The notes under the pieces are model-generated. The model was not told the DNA's origin. It saw only the letters and a program-made list of their open reading frames with translations, and did no database searches. A DNA stretch of 59,272 nucleotides from Bacteroidota bacterium (GTDB lineage: Bacteria > Bacteroidota > Bacteroidia > NS11-12g > UBA955), in contig JBEDND010000252.1 of assembly GCA_041170785.1 (NCBI GenBank), positions 1-59,272 on the forward strand. The letters are read 5' to 3'. Position 1 is the first letter of the stretch. The number at the start of each line of letters is the position of its first letter. Both the position numbers and the translations under genes were made by a program. Positions 37,001 through 45,423 of this stretch are shown here, in pieces.

Positions 37001-38416
37001 AGATACCGGATACGAAGGACAACGGTTTGGCTGGATCATGGTGATGTTGTAGCGCAAATCTTCAAAGTTGGCTCCTGAGTAGTAGGCATAGCTTTCGTAG
37101 TTGCCAAAGCCATAGGTCATCACCTGGAATCCACTGTCGCAGGTGAGGTTATGAGATCCGTAGTACGCCAGTTTGATCTGTGCATAACACATGTTGTTGC
37201 ATGAATTCGTAAAGCTGCCCGCAGAAACGGCAGCGCCATTCAACTTGACACGGTTCTTGAATTTCTGGTCAACAATTACGTTTACATAATGATCGGTAAG
37301 GTTCTTGGTGTTTGCCGTTCCCACAGTTGCTGAACGTACTGTTTGATCGCTGGCGGGCACCATCACCATGGCCGGATCCCCATCATTCAATCCACTGCAG
37401 TTGTTGCCTTTCATGTATTGGGCAACCATCACGGGCTTATTGGATGTGATGCAACGCGCCGACTCCGTGCCAACATTTTCCTGGTACCAGCTCGTGCGGT
37501 TAAAGGTTCCAACCGAGGTTCCCCCAACGAAAATGGTGGTATTGTCCTGCAATGGATACACGCGGTATAGGTAACCGTTTCGGCTGGAAACAAATGGACT
37601 GATGAAGTACTTCATCCCCCAAACGTTGGTTGGGTAAAGTTGCCCCCACAAATGTTCCCTTCCCTGACATGAGGCAGAAGGCAGAATAACACTTTCCGCT
37701 CCGGAAAGTACATTGATGCGTTTACATGCATTGCGCACGCGCACCACGGTGCCGCTCAAATCACCTGCCGCTGAGGGCGGATTGGCTGTGCTGCCATCGT
37801 TGATATGGCTCTGTACCTGATAAACCTGACCCCGTGATAAGGTTACATAAAACGGTGTTCCCGCTGTTTTTCCATTGGCAGTGCGTACCCTGGGTATGAT
37901 TTCCACCGGGGTATTGTCGTCAACACCAATGATGGTAAACTGCGCCTGTGAATACTGCGCCGTTCCGAATCCGGGATTTGTGCGGTAGGTTGGCGTGTAG
38001 CTGGAAATAATAAACTCGGTGTTGTAGGGCAGCGCAGTAACCGGAAGTACAAAAGTTCCGGAGGTGCGGAACTCCTTCAGGTTCAACAGGTACACATACA
38101 CCGGATCTTTCGAACGAACCCTGCATCCCAAGTTCTGAACGGTTTCAGAACCCGTTACGTAGTAGGTGGAAATGGGCATATTCACACGGGTAACTTTATT
38201 CGCCGTTACAGAATAATTCTTCAGTGAGCCGGTTACCCTCGGGTTCTCGATGGTGAACGTGGTATTGACATCGCTGGTCACGAAAACCAGCATACTGTCT
38301 GGGTTCAGGTCAATCTGAGGAAAGGCGAAAAAAAAGTCGGTCCCTTTAGAAGAAATCTGCGCGTGGCCGGCAGCCGTGGCAAATACTCCCACCAGAAAAA
38401 GTAAGATTCTTTTCAT
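34037..38416 (-). CDS. Giant cell-surface protein: IgGFc-binding-protein-N-like domain, ~10 PKD domains, T9SS type-B C-terminal sorting domain
   Basis: Signal peptide MKRILLFLVGVFATAAGHA. The N-terminal ~450 aa run GTDFFFAF...GDPAMVMVPASDQ...ESYAYYSGANF. PKD motifs include YTWYFGDGG, RTWTLGDGN, YSWDFGDGT, YAWTFGDGG and WLWSFGDGQ. The C-terminus is VPTAFTPNRDTKNEVW...LFNRWGELIW...GWDGTFNGK..PEGVY...GTVTVLR. The ATG at 38416 is preferred to the track GTG at 38422. Confidence 0.8.
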   Translation of the reverse strand: MKRILLFLVGVFATAAGHAQISSKGTDFFFAFPQIDLNPDSMLVFVTSDVNTTFTIENPRVTGSLKNYSVTANKVTRVNMPISTYYVTGSETVQNLGCRVRSKDPVYVYLLNLKEFRTSGTFVLPVTALPYNTEFIISSYTPTYRTNPGFGTAQYSQAQFTIIGVDDNTPVEIIPRVRTANGKTAGTPFYVTLSRGQVYQVQSHINDGSTANPPSAAGDLSGTVVRVRNACKRINVLSGAESVILPSASCQGREHLWGQLYPTNVWGMKYFISPFVSSRNGYLYRVYPLQDNTTIFVGGTSVGTFNRTSWYQENVGTESARCITSNKPVMVAQYMKGNNCSGLNDGDPAMVMVPASDQTVRSATVGTANTKNLTDHYVNVIVDQKFKNRVKLNGAAVSAGSFTNSCNNMCYAQIKLAYYGSHNLTCDSGFQVMTYGFGNYESYAYYSGANFEDLRYNITMIQPNRCPSYPVSFIGSGTNALGYTWYFGDGGKDTGSKVTHRYEKPGSYIARMVVKVPGICGTFDSVVRTKVVDVFPGPSPNFPDSTLVCADSLKLTLDAGFSSKFLYKWQDSSNKQTFQVTTPGKYWLRVLDTSTNCTVFDSTRIVFANKLTAAYAADSALPCFGDNYFALRDSSKVTNDKISSFRWVVKYPSKDSILDTERIKVSFQNTGNYVLQYFIKTQKGCTDSTSGVLSVYARPTAAFTVDTNRNCQGAPFKFTASSTTPAGTIRSYNWQWGDASLGGGPAPSKSYNIHDTFTVRHIVITSFGCRDTMDSSVVVLPKPLMGYTVNDTGFCLRGNNFTFINKTTIPLGSYLFDWSFPGQSYINTDTIRKSFTAAGAVNFTLTATSDVGCRDSVRGRIQVYPHPTARINLTPPASCINGPAFRIKDSSSIVGGALKGRTWTLGDGNNDTALLIRNKRYATSGTYTITLISNSNKNCKDTTTATATVYGKPNADFSISKSSQCISGNSFTFTGTGSYLQRLWTFGDNSGDTGMVRSHAYADTGTYTVRSIARNANGCLDTISKQVRVLPGPTAFFSSSPDSACLGNTTRFTNGSYFNGGSISGYSWDFGDGTSTGNNPNPSKKYITYGRFKVRLVAQGANGCNDTIFKNVRIYDKPNAAYAVNDSTQCFDGHSFVITNNSTVREGSITAYAWDLDQGVTSSVRNPANRNYSAIGSYRTTLIVSTNFGCSDSADMGLYVYPSPSISFTSDTACQGEDFFFTGNASVVPGSIQSYAWTFGDGGTATTQNPTHKYTNSGTFTVSFTAVSDQGCSTTLSVPGAALSLVKPVANFTSTHLGSRGFESDYQFADRSTGATDWLWSFGDGQSSTMQNPKITFNDTGRMRIELFVTNTDGCSATDVKFLLLKPELMWWVPTAFTPNRDTKNEVWGPVGLSGTISYHMQLFNRWGELIWDNKNPNQGWDGTFNGKAVPEGVYPWTVWLRYIDGRFYSFRGTVTVLR

Positions 38417-38447
38417 AATCACTTTAGCGCGTAAAGTTAGTCAAATT

Positions 38448-38488
38448 TGTGACGCTCTATTGTCACAGAATTGTCATGGAAATGTCAC
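38448..38488 (-). promoter_or_regulatory. Phased TGTCAY repeat array in the adhesin promoter region (candidate regulator binding sites)
   Basis: Plus strand has TGTCAC at 38461, TGTCAT at 38472 and TGTCAC at 38483, an exact 11-nt spacing. An inverted copy TGTGAC lies at 38448-38453. The array sits 32-72 nt upstream of the ATG at 38416. Confidence 0.3.
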
Positions 38489-38515
38489 GCGAGTGGAAAC
38501 AGTAAAGCGTTTCCC

Positions 38516-39685
38516 TTAGCAGGTAATGGCACCGCTGCCCAACAAAGCGCCATCAACATACCAGGCGGCGAACTGCCCCGGTGTTACGCTTTTTTGGGGT
38601 GTTTCAAAGCGTATATACATGCCTTCATCTGTGTACAAAAGCCGCGCAGGGAACGGTGTTTGCCGGTACCTGATGCGCAACAGCACATCCATATCCATAC
38701 CCACGTCCAGGGCCAAATCTTCCCGGATCCAATGCACGTCGTTGCGGGCTATAAACAACCCATTGGTGTACAGGCCGGGATGTTCAACACCCTGCCCGGC
38801 AAAAACGAGGTTTTCGTTGGTATCTGTTTGCAGCACAAAAAGCGGTTCTGCCAGCCCGCCAATTTGTAAACCTTTGCGTTGGCCAACGGTGAAAAAATGC
38901 GCACCCTGATGGGTGCCCACCGAAACGCCGTCTTTGCGTTGCCAATCAATGGGGCAGTTGATGCCCAGCGCATTCATGTCGCGATGCTGCAGTTTGGGAT
39001 GGGTGGCGGGGATTTCAATCACCGTTCCCGGCTTGGGCTGAAGCTGCTGCTGAAGAAATACCGGCAACTTCACTTTTCCCACGAAACACAAACCCTGAGA
39101 ATCCTTTTTTCCTGCGGTGTGCAGGCCTGCATCAGATGCCAGTTTCCGCACTTCTGCTTTTTGCAGGCCTCCAATAGGAAACAGCGCTTTGGCCAATTGT
39201 TCCTGTTTGATCTGACAGAGAAAGTAGCTTTGGTCTTTGTTCAGGTCCAAGCCGCTGAGCAACTGAAACACAAGCTTACCGTCGACTTCTACTTCAGCTT
39301 TCCTGCAGTAATGCCCCGTTGCAACATAGTCGGCGCCCAGCTTCAGGGCCGCTTCAAGGAATACGTCGAATTTGATTTCGCGGTTGCACAGTACATCCGG
39401 ATTTGGAGTGCGGCCGGCGGCATATTCCGCGAACATGTACTCCACGATTCGATGATGGTAGGCTTCGCTTAAATCAATCACCTGAAATGGAATACCGAGT
39501 TTTTCAGCCACCAGCATGGCATCATTGCTGTCGTCAATCCATGGGCATTCATTACCTATGGTCACGTCGGCGTTGTGCCAGTTGCGCATGTACATGCCAA
39601 TCACCTCGTGGCCCTGCTGTTTCAGCAATAAGGCGGCCACTGATGAATCAACACCACCACTTAATCCAACAACAACCCGGGCCAT
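38516..39685 (-). CDS. mnmA: tRNA 2-thiouridine(34) synthase MnmA
   Basis: PP-loop [26 protein letters not shown] and the C-terminal barrel. 389 aa. Confidence 0.93.
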   Translation of the reverse strand: MARVVVGLSGGVDSSVAALLLKQQGHEVIGMYMRNWHNADVTIGNECPWIDDSNDAMLVAEKLGIPFQVIDLSEAYHHRIVEYMFAEYAAGRTPNPDVLCNREIKFDVFLEAALKLGADYVATGHYCRKAEVEVDGKLVFQLLSGLDLNKDQSYFLCQIKQEQLAKALFPIGGLQKAEVRKLASDAGLHTAGKKDSQGLCFVGKVKLPVFLQQQLQPKPGTVIEIPATHPKLQHRDMNALGINCPIDWQRKDGVSVGTHQGAHFFTVGQRKGLQIGGLAEPLFVLQTDTNENLVFAGQGVEHPGLYTNGLFIARNDVHWIREDLALDVGMDMDVLLRIRYRQTPFPARLLYTDEGMYIRFETPQKSVTPGQFAAWYVDGALLGSGAITC

Positions 39686-39689
39686 GTTG

Positions 39690-39697
39690 CAAAGATA
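39690..39697 (-). promoter_or_regulatory. -7 promoter element TAnnTTTG (TATCTTTG) upstream of mnmA
   Basis: Plus strand caaagata. It lies 4 nt upstream of the ATG at 39685. Confidence 0.5.
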
Positions 39698-39776
39698 CCT
39701 GAGCCGCGGTTCTATTTGCCAGTGTATCTGTCTGAACTGCCTGTCTCCCGGGGAAATGCGTTAAATTCGCGCCCTC

Positions 39777-41303
39777 ATGGAAAGACGTGTCCGCGTGCGC
39801 TTCGCACCAAGCCCAACTGGCCCTTTACATATTGGCGGGGTGCGCACTGCACTATACAATTACCTGTTTGCAAAGAAACACGGCGGCGATTGCCTGCTGC
39901 GTATTGAGGATACGGATCAAAACCGTTTTGTACCCGGTGCTGAAGCGTACATCACTCAGGCGCTGGCTTGGGTGGGCATTCGGTTCGACGAAGGCCCGGA
40001 ACAAGGCGGTCCGCATGCGCCTTACCGCCAAAGCGAACGCAAGCCGATGTACCGGCAGTATGCAGATCAACTGCTGCAGGCCGGTCATGCCTATTACGCC
40101 TTCGATACACCTGAAGAACTGGACGCCATGCGCGAGCGACTGAAAGCGGGAAGCATGCCCGCGCAGTACGATGCCGTGAGCCGCATGAGCATGAATAATT
40201 CGCTCACCCTGCCCGCCGACGAGGTGCAGCGCAGGCTTGAAAATGGAACTCCCTATGTGGTGCGGATCAAGCTTCCCCGGAAAGAAGAAGTGCGCTTTCA
40301 CGATGCCATCCGCGGTTGGGTGGTGGTGAATACCAGCCAGATGGACGACAAGGTGTTGTTCAAAAGTGATGGCATGCCCACCTACCATCTGGCCAATGTG
40401 GTGGATGATTACCTGATGAATATCAGCCACGTGATTCGCGGTGAAGAATGGTTGCCCAGCGCGCCCTTGCACGTGATGCTGTACCGTTACCTGGGTTGGG
40501 AAGAGGTGATGCCCGTATTTGCACATTTGCCACTGTTGCTTAAGCCGGAAGGAAATGGAAAGCTGAGCAAGCGCGACGGAGATCGCCTCGGATTTCCTGT
40601 GTTCCCTATGGAATGGAAAGACCCTGCAAGCGGCGAAATATCCTCGGGTTACCGGGAAACCGGCTATTTCCCGGAAGCCGTAGTAAACATGCTCGCCCTG
40701 CTCGGATGGCACCCCAGCTTCAACAGGGAATTGTTTACCATGGATGAACTTATAGAGGCATTTAGTCTTGAAAAGGTGAGTAAGAGTGGTGCCAAGTTTG
40801 ACCTCGACAAAGCCCTGTGGTTCAACCATCATTACCTGATGGAACGCCAGCCTGAAACCATTGCCCATGATTTGCTTCCCCTGGCTGCCGCTGCAGGATA
40901 CCACACAGAGGTTTCCTACCTCGCCGAAGTGGTTCGCCTGATGCGTGAAAAGGTGAACTTCCCCGGTGAAATCATCCGCGACGGATCTTACTTCTTCCTG
41001 GAACCGAAGGAATATGACCAGCAGGCGCTGGGTAAAAAGTGGAAACCGGAAACCCCTGAATTTCTGCGCAACCTCGCTCTGGCTTATGAACAGTTGGGAA
41101 TGTTGGATGCAGCAGCTGCCGAAGAAGTGTTCAAGGCACAATGTACCGCTGCCGGTCAAAGTACAGGACAGTGGATGCAGTTGCTTCGTCTGGCCATCAG
41201 CGGGGCTGCCGCCGGACCACCACTCTATGAAATGATTGCCCTTCTGGGGAAAGATAATGCGGCACAACGCCTCCGTACCGCTGCCGAAAATATGAAACCC
41301 TGA
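39777..41303 (+). CDS. gltX: Glutamate--tRNA ligase
   Basis: RFAPSPTGPLHIGGVRTALYNY (HIGH) and GKLSKRDG (KMSKS). 508 aa. Confidence 0.95.
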   Translation: MERRVRVRFAPSPTGPLHIGGVRTALYNYLFAKKHGGDCLLRIEDTDQNRFVPGAEAYITQALAWVGIRFDEGPEQGGPHAPYRQSERKPMYRQYADQLLQAGHAYYAFDTPEELDAMRERLKAGSMPAQYDAVSRMSMNNSLTLPADEVQRRLENGTPYVVRIKLPRKEEVRFHDAIRGWVVVNTSQMDDKVLFKSDGMPTYHLANVVDDYLMNISHVIRGEEWLPSAPLHVMLYRYLGWEEVMPVFAHLPLLLKPEGNGKLSKRDGDRLGFPVFPMEWKDPASGEISSGYRETGYFPEAVVNMLALLGWHPSFNRELFTMDELIEAFSLEKVSKSGAKFDLDKALWFNHHYLMERQPETIAHDLLPLAAAAGYHTEVSYLAEVVRLMREKVNFPGEIIRDGSYFFLEPKEYDQQALGKKWKPETPEFLRNLALAYEQLGMLDAAAAEEVFKAQCTAAGQSTGQWMQLLRLAISGAAAGPPLYEMIALLGKDNAAQRLRTAAENMKP

Positions 41304-41350
41304 GGTTCAATCCTCCCGAATCCTTATTTTCGCCCGGATTAAAGCCGACT

Positions 41351-44300
41351 ATGATGTCTTTCAAGCGTTTAAATACCTTGCTGGGTTGGGTAACTTTTGC
41401 AGTTTCCTTCCTGGTGTACATGCTCACTTTGGAACCATCCGTGAGTTTATGGGATTGCGGAGAATTCCTTTCTGCTGCCTATAAACTTCAGGTAGTGCAT
41501 CCTCCGGGAGCGCCATTTTTCCTGTTGTTGGGAAGGATTTTTTCCATTTTTGCACCCAACCCTGCCATTGCAGCCGTGTTCATCAACGCAATGTCTGCCG
41601 CTGCCAGCGCGGGCTGTGTGATGTTTACCTTCTGGATTACCACGTACCTTGCACAAAAAATGCTGGGTAACGGTAACGATGCAGAAGCAGGTACCGGACG
41701 CAACATCCTCATCTTCGGAGCCGGCCTCACCGCTGCATTTTCCAATACCTTCCTCGATACATTCTGGTTTAGCGCTGTTGAAGCCGAAGTATATGCACTC
41801 AGCTCGTTCTTTACCGCCATTACCTTTTGGGCGGTTTTGCGCTGGGAACAAGATGCCGATAAGCCGGGCGGAGATCGCTGGCTGATCCTGATTGCCTACC
41901 TCACCGGCCTGGCCATTGGAACGCACTTGTTGAACCTGCTGGTGATTCCGGCCGTTGCCTTTGTTTATTATTTCCGTCGTTATGAGGTTACCCGCAAAGG
42001 CCTCATCATCGCGTTCCTCATTGCCCTTGGGGTGCTGGGTTTCATCATGAAAGGAATCATCCCCGGAACGGTTTGGTATCTGGCCAATATGGACAAGCTG
42101 TTTGTGAACAGTCTTGGAATGCCTTTCTACAGCGGTGTACTGTTTGGCATCGCGCTGCTGATTGCAGGCCTGGTTTACGGAATCAGATACAGCATCCGCA
42201 CAGGGAAATACCTGCTGAATCTGGCCATGCTTTCGGTGAGCTTTATCCTGCTGGGTTACTCTACCTACACCATGGTGGTGCTTCGTTCCATGGCCAATCC
42301 CGCCATCGACATGAACAATCCGGAAGACATGTTCAACCTGTTGAGCTACATCAACCGCGAACAATACGGCGACCGCCCGCTGGTTTACGGTCCGTATTTC
42401 AACGCGCCTCCGGTAGAAACCGAAGAAGTGGGTGAGAAATGGTACGCAGATTCTGCGGAGTACAAATTGGCCGGTGCCAAATACGATTACAAATTTGACG
42501 AACGCTATACCACCTTGTTCCCACGAATGGGCAAGGCCAAGGAAAACGATGATATTGGCTACCGTTACTGGGGTGGCATGGAAAAAACCCAGGGAATGAT
42601 CAACGCCCTGCAGAATAAGGCTGCCCAGGGAGGTTTGTCGGAAGAAGAACAGGAACAACTTCGTGCGCTCCGCGCACAGAAGCCCACCTTTGCCAACAAC
42701 CTCCGTTATTTCTTCAGCTACCAGCTGTACTACATGTACATGCGCTACTTCATGTGGAATTTCGTAGGCAGGCAAAACGACCAGCAGGCCATGCTGGGCA
42801 ACACGCAATTTGATGGCAACTGGCTGAGTGGTATCGCGCCCATTGACTACCTGAATACCGGAACGCAGAAGAACCTTCCCGATGATCTGAAGAACAACAA
42901 AGCCAGAAACACATATTTCTTCCTGCCGCTCATCATCGGCATCATCGGTATGTCGCTGCAGTTTAAAAAACGCAACAAGGATGCGTGGGTGGTGATGATT
43001 CTGTTCCTCTTCACCGGCATCCTCATCAACGTGTACATGAACCAGCCTCCATTTGAACCGCGTGAACGCGACTATTCCGTGGTGGGTTCGTTCCAAACCT
43101 TCTGTATCTGGATTGGCCTGGGTGTATTGGGCATTGCAGAGTGGTTGCGCAAATACCTCAAAAACGCCCGCAATGCAGCTATGGCTGCCAGCGCAGTAGC
43201 CCTGTTGGCGGCTCCCGTGCTCATGGCTTCCCAAAACTGGGATGACCACGACCGTTCTGCGCGTTACCTGGGCATTGACTACGCAAAAAATTACCTACAA
43301 AGCTGTCCGCCTAATGCCATCTTGTTTACCAACGGCGACAACGATACCTACCCGCTTTGGTATGCGCAGAATGTGGAAGGCATTCGTACAGACGTGCGCA
43401 TCATCAACCAGAGCCTGCTGCCCACAGAATGGTACAGCAGCGTACTCCTCGACAAGGTGTATAATTCCGATCCGCTGCCGCTCACCCTTACCAAGAACGA
43501 TTTACGGGCCGGACGTTTTGAATACGGCATCCGTTACCAAAACCTCAATCTTGATGGATTTGATGAAGCCGCCGGCTTCACCGATGGCCGCAAGGTGGTG
43601 AACTTCGTGTTGGGTAATGATCCTGCGAACATCACCAAAGAAGAAGTATTTCCTACCAGAAAGATCAGAATTGCAGTGGATCGTAAAGCCATCCTTGAAA
43701 ATGGTATGGTAGAAGCTAAAGATACCGGTAAAATTGCGCCGTTCATTGATTTCCGCATGCCCGGTGAATACTTCAGCAAAGGTGATCTGCTGATGCTTGA
43801 CCTGATTGTTACCAATGCCGAACGCGGCTGGAAACGCCCCATCTGTTTCACCACCACCAGCGGTTATGACTTCATGGGTCTGAACAGCTGGCTGCAGTGT
43901 GAAGGTTTGTCCTTCCGCCTGGTGCCTGTTAATGGAGGAACCGTTTCTGAAGACCGCGGACGCCCTGCAAACATCGCCGAGCAGCGCACCTACGACAACC
44001 TCATGAAATTCCGCTGGGGCGGCATGAAGGAGAAGAAGAATTTCTATCTGGACGACAAAGCCATGATGGTTCCTCAGGCGCTGCAACAGTTGGTCATCAA
44101 TATGGGCGATATGTACAGCAATGAAATCAGCCGCATGATGAGCGTGAAGATGTCTCTGGATTCAGGCAGGCAAACGCTTCCTCCGGGTACTGATGTTGCT
44201 GCGTACAAAGCCAACTTGGACAAAACCGCTGAAGAGTACCGCACCAAAGCAGTGAAACTGCTGGATCTGATTGCTGCAGAAATACCCGAAAATGTGCTCA

Positions 44301-44578
44301 CCTACAGAAACGAAGTGCGTTACTACCTGGCCATGCTGTATATGGAATTTGGAGAGGATAAAAAGGGCGAAGTATGGATGGATAAATGCATGGACAACGC
44401 CAACCAGTATGCACGCTACTTTAAGCAGTTCAACCAGCGTGGAAACAGCACCGCTGCAGAGCAATATCAGAATGCCATTGGCATCATGCAAACAGTGCAG
44501 CGCTTGGCCAAAGATCGCGGTAAAACAGCCCTCGCAGACAAGTACCAAAAAATCATTACCCAAGCCTCAAGGCCCTAA
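41351..44578 (+). CDS. DUF2723-domain GT-C-fold membrane protein (TMEM260-like putative glycosyltransferase)
   Basis: The N-terminus LEPSVSLWDCGEFLSAAYKLQVVHPPGAPFFLLLGRIF is the DUF2723 signature. More than 10 TM helices are followed by a ~480-aa soluble C-terminal region. Confidence 0.8.
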   Translation: MMSFKRLNTLLGWVTFAVSFLVYMLTLEPSVSLWDCGEFLSAAYKLQVVHPPGAPFFLLLGRIFSIFAPNPAIAAVFINAMSAAASAGCVMFTFWITTYLAQKMLGNGNDAEAGTGRNILIFGAGLTAAFSNTFLDTFWFSAVEAEVYALSSFFTAITFWAVLRWEQDADKPGGDRWLILIAYLTGLAIGTHLLNLLVIPAVAFVYYFRRYEVTRKGLIIAFLIALGVLGFIMKGIIPGTVWYLANMDKLFVNSLGMPFYSGVLFGIALLIAGLVYGIRYSIRTGKYLLNLAMLSVSFILLGYSTYTMVVLRSMANPAIDMNNPEDMFNLLSYINREQYGDRPLVYGPYFNAPPVETEEVGEKWYADSAEYKLAGAKYDYKFDERYTTLFPRMGKAKENDDIGYRYWGGMEKTQGMINALQNKAAQGGLSEEEQEQLRALRAQKPTFANNLRYFFSYQLYYMYMRYFMWNFVGRQNDQQAMLGNTQFDGNWLSGIAPIDYLNTGTQKNLPDDLKNNKARNTYFFLPLIIGIIGMSLQFKKRNKDAWVVMILFLFTGILINVYMNQPPFEPRERDYSVVGSFQTFCIWIGLGVLGIAEWLRKYLKNARNAAMAASAVALLAAPVLMASQNWDDHDRSARYLGIDYAKNYLQSCPPNAILFTNGDNDTYPLWYAQNVEGIRTDVRIINQSLLPTEWYSSVLLDKVYNSDPLPLTLTKNDLRAGRFEYGIRYQNLNLDGFDEAAGFTDGRKVVNFVLGNDPANITKEEVFPTRKIRIAVDRKAILENGMVEAKDTGKIAPFIDFRMPGEYFSKGDLLMLDLIVTNAERGWKRPICFTTTSGYDFMGLNSWLQCEGLSFRLVPVNGGTVSEDRGRPANIAEQRTYDNLMKFRWGGMKEKKNFYLDDKAMMVPQALQQLVINMGDMYSNEISRMMSVKMSLDSGRQTLPPGTDVAAYKANLDKTAEEYRTKAVKLLDLIAAEIPENVLTYRNEVRYYLAMLYMEFGEDKKGEVWMDKCMDNANQYARYFKQFNQRGNSTAAEQYQNAIGIMQTVQRLAKDRGKTALADKYQKIITQASRP

Positions 44579-44590
44579 AAATAAAGAGAT

Positions 44591-44618
44591 GAAGGCCGCT
44601 TCGGCGGCCTTCTTTTTT
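44591..44618 (+). terminator. Rho-independent terminator after the DUF2723 gene
   Basis: gaaggccgc-ttcg-gcggccttc (9-bp GC-rich stem, tetraloop) followed by tttttt. The T-run ends 2 nt before the rlmB ATG. Confidence 0.8.
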
Positions 44619-44620
44619 AT

Positions 44621-45370
44621 ATGTCGCTCAAGAAGAAGTTTATTTTCGGCATCCATCCGGTAGAAGAGGCACTCGTTAAAGGACAAACACTGGATAAAAT
44701 ATGGATTGATTCCGGAGCCCGGAATCCCAAGATCAGTGCGTTGATTCCAGCCATCAAAGAAGCAGGAATTCCTTTTGTGAAGGCACCCGCCGAGAAACTC
44801 ACGTTTCTGGTGAGCAATCCCAACCATCAGGGCATTGTAGCTGCTATTTCCCCCATTGCGTTTCAATCCTGGGAGGAAATTGTGACGCGCTGTTTCGAGG
44901 CCGGCAAAGATCCGCTGCTGCTGGTTCTTGACGGCATCACCGATGTGCGGAATTTTGGCGCCATTTTGCGCACCGCAGCCTGCGCCGGTGCCGATGCAGT
45001 GATTGTGCCTGCAAAAGGTTCTGCCGCCGTTGGTCAGGATGTGGTAACTACATCGTCGGGTGCGGTATTTCGCATTCCGGTGTGCAGGGTAGATCAGTTG
45101 CAGCAAACCGTAAAGGCGCTGCGTGAACACGGACTACGCATCGCTTCGGCTACCGAAAAGGGCAAAGAGTTGCTGTTCGACAGTGCACTCGGCGGCCCAT
45201 TGGCCATCATCATGGGCAATGAAGAAAAAGGCGTAGATGCGTCTTTACTGCAAATGTCTGACGCCCGCGTGGCCATACCTATGCCCGGTGGCTTTGATTC
45301 GCTGAACGTTTCGGTGGCAACCGGAATATTCTTATTTGAAGTGTTGAGGCAGCGTGGGCTTAATGCCTAA
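44621..45370 (+). CDS. rlmB: 23S rRNA (guanosine-2'-O-)-methyltransferase RlmB (SpoU/TrmH family)
   Basis: N-terminal SpoU substrate-binding region (IFGIHPVEEAL), then VLDGITDVRNFGAILRTAACAG, IIMGNEEKG and SLNVSVATGIFLFE. Confidence 0.85.
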   Translation: MSLKKKFIFGIHPVEEALVKGQTLDKIWIDSGARNPKISALIPAIKEAGIPFVKAPAEKLTFLVSNPNHQGIVAAISPIAFQSWEEIVTRCFEAGKDPLLLVLDGITDVRNFGAILRTAACAGADAVIVPAKGSAAVGQDVVTTSSGAVFRIPVCRVDQLQQTVKALREHGLRIASATEKGKELLFDSALGGPLAIIMGNEEKGVDASLLQMSDARVAIPMPGGFDSLNVSVATGIFLFEVLRQRGLNA

Positions 45371-45402
45371 ACAAGCATGCGGTAAGGCTGCAACAGATGA
45401 CC

Positions 45403-45410
45403 TATTTTTG
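45403..45410 (+). promoter_or_regulatory. -7 promoter element TAnnTTTG (TATTTTTG) upstream of the aminotransferase-ugd-uxs cluster
   Basis: Perfect motif 13 nt upstream of the ATG at 45424. It lies inside the longer track ORF (start 45397), which favours the 45424 start. Confidence 0.5.
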
Positions 45411-45423
45411 CGCAACTAATTTC

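Noticed and set aside
38328-38335. An A8 homopolymer (T8 on the coding strand) near the 5' end of the giant adhesin gene, considered as a slipped-strand phase-variation tract.
   Set aside because: It simply encodes the conserved FFF of the GTDFFFAF motif. It is short for a contingency locus, and no other tract-like features are present.
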